Below the pieces are notes generated by a model. The model was not told the origin of the DNA and searched no databases. It worked only from the letters and a program-made list of their open reading frames with translations. A DNA stretch of 60,000 nt from Camelus ferus. Lineage: Eukaryota. A program made the position numbers and the translations under genes. The stretch lies in the NCBI RefSeq assembly GCF_009834535.1, contig NC_045698.1:4404001-4464000 (forward strand). Direction: 5' to 3'. Below are positions 50,588 to 60,000 of the stretch, one piece after another. The first letter of the stretch is position 1. Every line of letters starts with the position of its first letter.

Positions 50588-50980
50588 TGTGGTGATGAGT
50601 GGAGAAGTGGTCTCCCAAAAGGTATGCCCAAGTCTTAACCCCCAGAAGCTGTGAGTGCAACTTTATTTGAAGTCTTTGCAGGTGTAATTAAGTTGAGGAT
50701 CTCAAGATGAGATCATTGTGGGTTTAGGCTGGACCCTAAAGCTAATGGTAGGTGTCCTTATAAAGCAAAAGTTGAGGGAGATTTGAGAAACAGAGACACA
50801 GGGGAGAGGGCGACACGAAGACGGAGGCAGAGACTGAAATGGTGAGTCTACCAGCCGGGCAACGGGCAATGTCAAGCACCACCAGCACCTCCAGGGGCTG
50901 GGAGGGGGGCAGCAACGGATTCTCCCTCAGCCCCCGGAAGGAACCAAACCCAGGTCTGGACTTCTGGCCCTCCTAGGTGG
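50588..50980 (+). mobile_element. MaLR LTR, MLT1C-like
   Basis: GTCTTTGCAGGTGTAATTAAG...GATCTCAAGATGAGATCAT...GACGGAGGCAGAGACTG...GGATTCTCCCTCAG. Confidence 0.8.
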
Positions 50981-51199
50981 GCAGAGTATTCAACGCTATC
51001 CTGCAAAAAGCCATTCCTTTGAGCCTCTCTCTCTGAATCTCTGAAAATGTAACTGCCAAGACTTCCGTGACATTGGCACTTTCTTCCCTCGGAAGCAAAG
51101 GTCACAATGGTGTGGTGGCGCGGGGCTGCAGGTGTGGAAGGAAGGGCGCTGGAAAGAAACTGAAAGTTTGCAAAGAGCAGACCCACGAAGGAAGGCACC

Positions 51200-51582
51200 C
51201 CAGGTGGTACGTTGCATTTTATGGCAAGAATGAAGTGATGGGCCTGGTCTTTACCTAAAAATAGATTCTCCTGCTGGCCTTGAAGAGGGACGCTGCCAAG
51301 GTGGGAGGGGCCTCACGGCAGGAGACTGCGGGGTCTCTAGGAGCTGAACCTGCAGGAAACAAGACCCCCGCCCCATAGCTGCTCGGGACTGAATTCTGCC
51401 AACAGCGGCCCGAGCTCCAGAAGGAAACACAGCCCAGCTGACTCCCTGGCTGCAAACTGGGGAGATGCTGGGCAGAGGACCCGCTAAGCTGTGCCTGGAC
51501 CCCCGACCCAGACAAAGTGCGAGACCACAGATGAACGTGATTGTAACTGCTAACTGTTGCACAGCAATGAAAAACAAACACA
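51200..51582 (+). mobile_element. MaLR LTR, MLT1E/F-like
   Basis: CTCCTGCTGGCCTTGAAGA...GAATTCTGCCAACA...GCAGAGGACCCGCTAAGCTGTGCCTGGAC...CAGCAATGAAAAAC. Confidence 0.75.
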
Positions 51583-51717
51583 ACAGGCGAACCGCACGTC
51601 TTCGTCTTCCCCTACCCAGAGACGCTGAACTCAGTGGTGAGGAGAAGGTTCTGCCAGAGGACAGCCGGCCTGGCCTTGCCCAGGTGTTACGTTGTGGCTC
51701 CTCTGGGCCCCGGGGCA

Positions 51718-52142
51718 TGATCTCCGTTCCCTGCAGCTGCCATGGCAGTCACCATGAACTGGGTGGATTAAAACAACAGAAATGTATTCTCTCACATTTC
51801 TAGAAGCCAGCAGTCCAAGATCATGGTGCTGGCAGGACCACGCTCTCTCTGAAGGCTCTGAGGGAGGATCCTTCTTGCCTCGTCCAACGTCTGGTGGCTC
51901 TTGGCATCGCCTGGCTTGTGGCTGTATTTTGCCAATCCCTGCCCCGATCTGTGCCAAATCGCCCTCTGCCTGTTCTCACAGGGGCACTTGGCATTGGATT
52001 CAGGACACACTCAGATAATCCAGGACGATCTCACCTCAAGATTCCTAATTTAATTACACCTGAAAAGACCCTTTTTTCAAACAAGATACCAGGGCCCAGG
52101 ACGTGGGCTTATCTTTCCAGAAGCTGCCAATCAACCTACCTC
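51718..52142 (-). mobile_element. MaLR LTR, MLT1C-like
   Basis: TTAAAACAACAGAAATGTATTCTCTCAC...GTCCAAGATCA...GATAATCCAGGACGATCTCACCTCAAGA...TTAATTACACCTG. Confidence 0.8.
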
Positions 52143-53405
52143 AGGCGTCAGTGCCAACGATCTTGAAATTTGCACGCACACCACATCCCAGCTCTGCCTG
52201 CCCTTGACCCTGGGGCAGAGCCCTCCCTCCTCTGTGGTCTGCAGATCACCCTCTCCAGAGGGTGCAGTCCCTGCCTGTCCCTCCCCTAGCCCTGCACCCA
52301 CCCCTCTTCTCAGCATCCTGGCCCTGGTGAGGGGATGGGCAGAGCTGGCAGGGACTTGCCCCATCCAGCAGGCCGGCTCACCCAAGGAGGCCCAGCAGCG
52401 GAAGGGACACGTGGGCCTGCTGCTTTTCCAGTGAGAATTTGTCCGAGGAGAAGGCAAGAGCCAAGACCGCCGATGTTCCGCAGAGGGCAGCTTGGGGTCA
52501 GCTCATTTCATTCGGGAACGCCTGCTGACTCCTTGAGGTGAGTGAACCACAGCTTCAAAAAAGTGCACCTTTTCCCTTGAACTGGAGTTTCCTCTCTCAA
52601 GTTTGCTCTAAGTAATGAACACCTGCGGGGAGCTGTGTACTGAGTCACCGGCCGGTGGCACCGGTCTTGCCGTTTGGTCCTGCAGATGCTTCCCCGTGGC
52701 CCTGACTCATCGCCCCCACCCTCCTGGCTGTGAACAGACAGATGACTTCAGGGACCAGAGAGCATCTGGAGAAAGAGAAGATTGATTTTGGTGTAAAAAG
52801 TTTTCCCAGGAAGGGAAACCCCCAGCCCTGTAAATGAACCAGCAACAGCCATGAGGAAACGCCACCGCCCTCTGAGACCCAAACCCCCAGGTGCCTCCCA
52901 TGGCCCACGGCAGGCCCTGCCAAAGACAGCGGGGGACGCCCCTCCCCTTCCGTCAAATTCTCCTGGTCACCTTGGCTGCTTGCTCCTCTCTCTCTACTGG
53001 CTGAGAGTTCAAACTTCTCCCGAACAGACCTGCATGGAATTTGACCCAACACTGAACTACGCACTGGTGATTCCCAGAGCCTCTGCCTGTTCGCACCTGC
53101 CGCCAGAATTCAGCCCCAGAGCAGCTCTGCTCTGTCCAGCTTGTGCAGAGCAGATGCCGCCAGGCCTGGTGATGGGTTGACTAGAAAGAACATTTTAATT
53201 AGAGGGAGGTGGGGAATAGGGACCAGACAGAGAGGCCTGGCGTCATCCCTTTTTCTGGGTTGGCAGCTTCTGAACCGCGTGTTCCAACGTGTGGGTGGTT
53301 CCTGGCGATGTTAATTACTTTTCTTCCCAAAGCTCATGCCGGCTGGGCCTCGATGAGACACGGAGTGGTCTGTGAAACAAACTGTGCTCGGATCAGATTC
53401 TCTAC

Positions 53406-53575
53406 GGGGATGAGATGGATCTCCTGGTTCTGATGCCTTGTGCTGGAACGAGTGGTCCTGGGACCGTGCCTGCTCAGAGCCCTGTGGGAGGGGAATGAGA
53501 TGGATCGCCTGGTTCTGATGCCTTGTGCTGGAACCAGTGGTCCTGGGACCGTGCCTGCTCGGAGTCCTGGGGGAG
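53406..53575. repeat. Two-copy 85-bp tandem duplication
   Basis: Units start at 53406 and 53491; 6 substitutions by manual alignment, no indels. Confidence 0.9.
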
Positions 53576-54184
53576 GGCAGCATCTGCTGCAGGGGATTCA
53601 GGAACTGGCTGGTGAGACGGGGCCGCAGGAGGACACGTCCCTTCCGATCCCCAGTCTAGACCAGAAGACTGGCGTTTCTCAACCGCAAATAGAAACTAAC
53701 CAGCCACATAAGCAGGATCTGCACAAAAATATCCATCTGGAGGCCGTCCTGTAATTTACTCTCTTTGTCATAGAGAGAACTATATATTTTTTTCCTTCAG
53801 AAGCGTCCTTTCCTTCCCCACAATTCTGAACGTTGGACAGAAGTGGGAGATGCATCAATGAAAGAGTCCTGTCCTGCCCGGGCGCCTGGCCGGGGTCCAC
53901 ATCGCAGCAGGCCCCACGGGGCCGTCAGAACAAAGGGCAGATCATAGGATTTGCACAGATCGGCCCCAACTGCCCACGTCAGCTTCCTGACATTCTATAT
54001 GTGGGGTTTTTTTCCCATGGTGCTAGAGGGGGAAAGTCATATATTTCTTATAATTTTTTTACTTGAAAAAAAAAAAGATGAGAAAGCAGGACCGAAAAGG
54101 GAAACACGTGGTCAGAGAGAGTCCCTGTGAGCCAGGAGGGTGGGGGAGAAATTAAAATGTTCAAGGTGCTGTGGCTACGTGAGG

Positions 54185-54198
54185 CCAGTAGAGGGCAC
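54185..54198 (+). promoter_or_regulatory. Candidate CTCF site
   Basis: CCAGTAGAGGGCAC matches the core consensus CCASYAGRKGGCRS at all 14 positions; motif evidence only. Confidence 0.4.
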
Positions 54199-54622
54199 AA
54201 ACCCCAGCTTACCTTGGAGCCTGGTATGAGGCGGGCAAGGGAATAAAGGAAGGTTCCCGCCAGTTCCCTAGCACCCACCCCGTGCCTCTGCAGGGCAGCA
54301 GCAGCCCCCTGTGCACCCTCCTCGGGATGCAGGGCTGACCTGGGGGGTCTCAGCAGATCTCCAAGCAAAGGCTCCTGTTCGGCCTGGGGACCACAGGTCC
54401 CAGTGCCCTGCTGACCCAGGAGCACCATTCTTCAGGTGTCCGAGGAGCAGAATTCTCGGTGATGAGGATGAGTCGGACCAGATGGCTTCCAAACTGGGGC
54501 TGGGCTCACTCAGCGGGAGCGGGGTGCAGGGCAGCGGGACACGCCTGTACCACAGGCGAGTCAGGCACGACCTGCCCGCTGGGGGAGACCCAGCAGGACG
54601 TGGTGAGAGCACAGGCCTGACA

Positions 54623-54920
54623 GTGTGGCCAGCAGACTTATGGCCCCAAAGACATCCTCATGGTGTCCGACGCACGGAACCTGAGACCCTGTGACCTTCC
54701 ACGGCCAAAACGTCTTTGCAGGTGTGACCCAGTTAAGGACAGTGAGGTGGGAGGTGATCCTGAATCTTGCGGGGGGTGGGGGATGTCATCACAAGGGTCT
54801 CTCTAAGAGGGAGGCAGCAGGGATCAGAGTCAGTGAAGGAGATGTGATGACAGAGGGCAGAAGCCGGGGTGACTCGAGAAGGGGTCACAGGCCAAGGGAT
54901 GCTGGCACCTCTAGAGCCTA
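54623..54920 (+). mobile_element. MaLR LTR 5' part, MLT1D-like
   Basis: TGTGGCCAGCAGACTTATGGCCCCAAAGAC...TCTTTGCAGGTGTGA...GTCATCACAAGGGTC...GAAGGAGATGTGATGACAGAG. Confidence 0.75.
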
Positions 54921-57149
54921 GAGGTAAGGGCAAGTCCCTAGCCTCTGTTTCAGAAAAATGCAGCTGAAGAAAGTGCTTCTCCGACAGTGGCTGCAGACGA
55001 CTCGGGGGAGGGTGTGACTCAGGACACTCAGAGCAATGTGCCTGGCAGGGTGAGCAGAGGCAGGCACCACCCCTGCTTCCCGGCACCTCAGCGCCCCTGG
55101 CAGTGGAGCATTCCGAGGCCCCCCGCCTGGAAGCCCGCGGGAGACAGGAAGCCAAGCCCCCTGCAGCATCCGGGGAGCAGAGGGTAGTGCCAGGAGCTGG
55201 AGACTGGTTCCTTCTTGCTCAGGAGGATGCGATGCCGCCACCGCCCCAAGCCCAGCCTCCCGCCTACCAGCCTCCGCACCCTGGGCCTCCCAGCGGGACC
55301 CTCACTACGCTGGAGCACCCAGGGAGTGAGGGTCTCCTAAGAGCCCACGTGCCGGCTCAGGGAACATCCCAGGATCGGGAGTCAGGGGAGAAGCTGCCTG
55401 GAATGTGAGTATTTTGTAAATCCTGCCTCCAGGTTCCACAGGGATCACTCCCAGGAACAGCAGCCTACAATTCCAGAGCACAGTCCGGGACCAGACCTCC
55501 CGATTCCCCAAAGGCCAGCGGAGTGGGACAGTGACGTGCCAGGGCGACACGGCCTCTGGCCCTCCAGCCGCCATGTGTCCAGAGGCAGACGTGGCACTGC
55601 TGGTTCCGGGCGCAGGTCCCAGGCCTCTCACCGTGTCTCGGGGGCAGGATGACAGAATAGGGAGCAGGCAGTAGCATCATCCCGAGAATTCAAACCACTG
55701 CACGGCCGTCCCCCGAGAGCGCTGCTGTCCCCCGATCTGCCCTCTGCGTCCCTGAAGGCGCACTGTTCCGTGCAGGGGTTCTCCACTCCAACCCCGGGAT
55801 GAGGCCGGGACGCCCAGCGGGGTGGGCGGGCTGCGCCCCGAGAATAACCCCCACTCACGTCTCGACCGGCCGACGTCCTGGCCGGTGGCTGGGGTGAGCT
55901 GCGGCTGGGACGCTCATGGCGTCTGCAGATGGTCAGTCTGGAGGAAGAGCTAATCCCACACATAACAGGATGAAGGCCACAGACAAAGTGGGGAGACTGA
56001 CGTGCTGCCAAAACAAGCCAGGTGAGTTTTAACCAGCACCGCGGGAGACGCTGGATCCTGGTTACGTGGCTGGAGGAGGAGAGGTCGTCGGTGTAACTCA
56101 CGGCAGAGCATCTGGGACCCAACAGCGCCGACGCAGGCGTCCTCCGGCAGCGGACACATGGGTGCAGCCGCCGCGTCTGCCTTGCTGCTTCCACAGGACA
56201 GGAATTGATTTCAATTTCAGACTCTACACTTCTCTGGACAAAATCCGGGAGAACTGAAAAATCTGGAAAGCCTCCCATTCCAGCGTACCTTTAAAGCCTG
56301 GCTTTTATATATATATATTTTTAAAATTTCATTGATGTTTAAATGCATAGTGAACAGATGAGGAAGCAGGGGAAATCCTCAGATGAGACAAGTAGGGCTA
56401 GACCTCAATCCAGAGCAGTTAGGTGACCCTGTTGCCAGAGGCTGACACAGGACATCGGTGATTCTGTCCCCAGAGCTGTCTGTTTGCCTGGGTCCTTGGG
56501 GACAGGACACAAGTCCTTAATGAGCTGCCTCCCACACCCCCGGGACACTCAGGGCTTGGCTCCAGCGCTCCGTGGCTGTAGAGAGACATGTGAGGGGCGG
56601 CAAGGAGTGGGGGTAGCAGGGTCCCGCCAGGCAGGGTTGGGCAGAGCCAGTCAGTGGGCACTCGGTGGTCCCCTGGGCACATTTTATTCTGACTTGGGTC
56701 CCCAAACTGCCATGGAAGCAGGACATTGGGTCCCAGACAAGGCCGAGACTCCCGGGTCCTCAAAGAGTCAAGCCCTGGGGGTCCTGACTGCCCACACTGG
56801 TCACTGGGGTGCTGCCCAGTTTCCAGCCCATGGACCCTTAGGAAGTCCCACAACCCCACTGTCCCCCTGCGGAGACCACAGTAACGCTGGGCAGGGACAG
56901 GTCTCTTCAAGGCCCAGCAGCCCTCCCCTCTGCGGCCCAGCCGCCTCCCCAGGGGTCGCCACGCCCCTCCATGCCTGGGCCCTCTGCCCTCAAGGCTCCC
57001 TCCTCCTCTGAACACCCAGGAAAACTTCGCTCTCAGTTTCAGCTTCCACAGACTACAAGGAGGGACGTTTCCTGCACGTAGCTTCTGCCCTTGGCTCACG
57101 TCCCTCCCGCCTAAAGCAACAGGCGAAGCGCCGTCCATCGTCACCACGC

Positions 57150-57275
57150 CTGACCCTTACGACAACGCCTGCCGAGGGTATGACGGTCACCGCATCGGTG
57201 ATGGGGAAAGTGAGGTGTGGCTGTGCTAAGGGACTTGTCCAAGGCCTCCCAGCTGGCGATGTGAAATCACGACCC
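57150..57275 (-). mobile_element. Degraded MIR
   Basis: GATGGGGAAAGTGAGG...AAGGGACTTGTCCAAGG. Confidence 0.5.
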
Positions 57276-57310
57276 TACCCGCCTGCTGTGGTCTGGAGAC
57301 AGCCCTCCGC

Positions 57311-57640
57311 TGTGACAGTTTTATGTGTCAGCTTGCCGAGGCCATGGTGCCCAGTTTGGTCAAACGCCAACCTCAGTGTTGCTGGTATGTTTGATGTGGT
57401 TAACATTCACATCAGTAGACTGTGACCAGAGCAGATCACCCTCCGTGATGTGGGTGGGCCTCACCCCATCAGCTGAAGGCCTTGAGAGCAAAGACTGGGA
57501 TTTTTCCTCCTCAAGAAGAAGGAATTTGGCCTCAAGACTATGACACAGAAACCCTGTCTGAGTGTCCAGCCAGCTGCCCTGCGGAATTCAGACTCAAGAC
57601 TGCAGCACCCGGCCTCTCCTGAGTTCGCATTCTCTGCCTC
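57311..57640 (+). mobile_element. ERVL LTR, MLT2D-like
   Basis: TTTTATGTGTCAGCTTG...GGTGCCCAGTTTGGTCAAAC...GCAGATCACCCTCC...GTGGGTGGGCCTCA...ATCAGCTGAAGGCCTTGA. Confidence 0.75.
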
Positions 57641-59033
57641 TCTGGAGAGCCCGCATCACACACTCGTCTGTAAGTGGGTGTCATGGGAGGCTTCCCCAAG
57701 CAACCCATAACCTTGATCAGAGACTTCTAGGACCACAGTCGGCAGTGAGGCTCGGGACCCCAGTTAGAGCCCTCACCCCACCCATCGCGTCCTCACTGTG
57801 TGATGGCACTCAGCCACTCAGGGCTCGGTTGTAAGTTCTACGTCAGAACAGCTGTGCAGAGGGGTGCAGGCCGGGCTGTGTGTGAGCAGAGTTGGTTCTG
57901 GTCCTGTTTATCTTTCTTTCAAAATAATTTTCCACCGAAAATGTGCATCCACTGACAGGCTCTGATCTGCCCTCCCGCTTCTGTAACTGCCCCCGGGACG
58001 TGGCGGTAAGTGCTGACGGCGTCCCCGCGTGGCGCCCCTGTAATGGCAGGTTCGGAGAAAAGAACGTGTTGGAACAGTCCCACCCTGCTCTGTCTCGGCC
58101 GGGCGTCTCCACTCAGGGAGGGACGTCACCGCCGGGGGCAGGGGCGCTCAGCTGGGGACGGCCAGCGGGATGACGTGGGCAAGGCCACCTCAACCAAGGG
58201 TCCCGTGGGCTGGGCTGCTCCAGGGGGAACTCAGCCTACCGGTTCTCTTGGACTCAAATAGTCAAAGGGCAAACTGGTTATTTACCTGTGTGAACGGCTA
58301 CCGTCGCTGAGTCAGTGGTGTGTAGTCACGTCCTATGACAGAAAATGAATAAAAGATGATTTTATGTTACTAAGAAAAGAACGTGTCTGGAGTCTTTGGG
58401 AGGTTTCCTTTCCCCCAGTGTCCCACTCCACAGCAGCCATCCGGTTCCTGGGATTTCAAAACGCCTTAGGTCCTGGGCACGTTAGGACAGGTGGGTTTGC
58501 TCACAGAGTCCAGAATACTGTTGGGTTTTTTGGAGCCTTTGTTTCTAAGGCTTGAATCTCACATTCTTCTCTTAAATTCAGCGAGAAGGGTCAGTGCGGA
58601 TGGGGGCTAAGGAAGGCAGGACCTGGGTGGAACGGTGGCAAGGGGTCAGTGAGGTGGCTGCCCCTCCCAGGGCTGGATCCTGGGTGGAGTCACCCTGGGT
58701 TGCTGGTGACACCATGGAAGGAAGGCAGGGCTGTTTGTCATGGAAGCTCCGACACCCTCCAGTTGGGTGTGCGTTAAGGACCTCCCAGCCAGGCGGGCAC
58801 GACAGAGTAAATATTGGGGTAGCATTTGCCAAACTCTGCAACAGCCATGAGCACCAGGGAAGGCTCGGCATGTACACCCCAGGGCCAGGTACCGACGAGC
58901 AGCAGCAGGATGGAGACTCGCCCCAGATGGAAGAGGTGAACTTGGCTCCCACGGGTGGAGAAGGAAGAGCCATCCGGCAGGTCCCAGACACGCGGCACGG
59001 CATCCTGATGCCTCCGTGGAAAATGCCTCAGTA

Positions 59034-59375
59034 AGCAGACTCACAGACAGAAAACAAACTTGTGGTTGCTGGGGGGTGGGGGAAAGAAGGATAGGGGGAT
59101 AAACTGGGAGCTCGGGATTCGCAGACACTAACTACTACGTATAAAATAGGTAAACAGCAGTGTCTGACTGTACAGCAAGGGGACTATATTCAATAGCCTA
59201 CAGTGAAAATGAATATATATGTATAACTGACTCCCTATGCTGTACACCAGAAATTAACACAACATTGTAAACTGACTGTACTTCAATAAAAAAAAGAAAA
59301 GAAAAGAAAAGAAAAGAAAAGAAAGAAAAGAAAAGAAAGAAAAGAAAAGGAAAGAAGAGAAGAAAGAAAAGAAAA
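59034..59375 (+). mobile_element. 5'-truncated L1 3' UTR with (GAAAA)n-patterned tail
   Basis: AGACTCACAGACAGAAAACAAACTTGTGGTTGC...CTTCAATAAAAAA; 15-bp TSD GAAAATGCCTCAGTA (59019-59033) and GAAAATGCATTAGTA (59376-59390). Confidence 0.9.
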
Positions 59376-59729
59376 GAAAATGCATTAGTATTTTAAGTAA
59401 GAAGCACATTAGCCTTTTCTTGGAAGGTATATTGGACAAAGCCATCCGAGCAGATCTGTAAACCAGAGTCAGCCCCTCTTCCTGGGGTCCCAAGGTCACA
59501 AGCACCTCCTTAGCCTTAGGTGCTTCCCAGCTGGTGGCACCAGCCCAGGAGCCGCCACCAAGCAGAAAGCAGCAATTAAGCCAAAGAGAGGGAGCCAGAA
59601 ACAGGGAGAGACGGGCGTGCCTGCCAGGTGAGCTCCCAGCGCCGGGGCTGGCAGCATGGCCAGAAGCAGAGGGTCCGGAGCGAGCTCTCCCAGGCAGGAG
59701 CCCCTTCACGACTGAAGACCTTGGCTCCC

Positions 59730-59763
59730 TCCTGGGTCCCTGGGTCCCTGGGTCCCTGGGTCC
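59730..59763. repeat. (CCCTGGGT)~4 tandem repeat
   Basis: Seen directly. Confidence 0.85.
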
Positions 59764-60000
59764 TGCCTCAGCCCTCGGACCACTTAATGCCTGGCAGAAG
59801 TCTGGTGTAAGCTGCATTGTCCAAGAATTCAAATGCAGGGTGTACAGAGAGGTTGAAATTGAGCCACCTGGGGCCAGTCCAAACTGAGATGCTCTGGATG
59901 TCAAAGATTCAGTGTGCAAAGAGGAATGTGAACTATCTCTTTGAGACAGGAGGGAAGGGGGCAGGGCACAGCCAGTAGCAGAAGGACACAGCCATTGAGA

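Noticed and set aside
55628..57147. 216-aa and 242-aa minus-strand ORFs
   Set aside because: GC-rich chance ORFs with no domain similarity or splice structure.
59254..59919. 221-aa minus-strand ORF with an F/S-rich tail
   Set aside because: It runs through the (GAAAA)n L1 tail and an 8-bp tandem repeat, so it is an artefact.
1..60000. A novel multi-gene or prokaryote-style system (operon, CRISPR array, defence island)
   Set aside because: The window is mammalian intronic, UTR and intergenic DNA. There is no repeat-spacer array and no dense coding; all periodic sequence is microsatellite or simple tandem duplication.

Overview
Mammalian genomic DNA, most likely camelid: it carries a tRNA-derived SINE matching the camelid Vic-1 family and L1 3' ends of cetartiodactyl type. 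The only protein-coding sequence I can support is the terminal coding exon of UBE2QL1 (+, 42432-42563; GRICRKAGKSKKSFSRKEAEATFKSLVKTHEKYGWVTPPVSDG*), which the ORF track misses because it has no ATG. Bases 1-42431 are inferred to be the distal part of its large intron; exon 1 is not in the window. A 3' UTR with a proximal AATAAA (43659) and a probable distal ATTAAA (48047) follows, then about 12 kb of intergenic DNA. The rest is interspersed repeats (many truncated L1s, MaLR/ERVL/ERV1 LTRs, MIRs, hAT and Tigger DNA transposon relics) and microsatellites. Nearly all listed ORFs are chance GC-rich frames or L1 ORF2 fragments. Repeat family names come from recalled consensus similarity, not from a database search. 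I found no evidence of a new biological system. The most notable items are a twin-primed inverted L1, a 2-kb sense L1 with a poly(A) signal just upstream of the last exon, tiny TSD-flanked L1 stubs, a nested Tigger1-in-MER44 element, and a candidate AP-1/MEF2 intronic enhancer.
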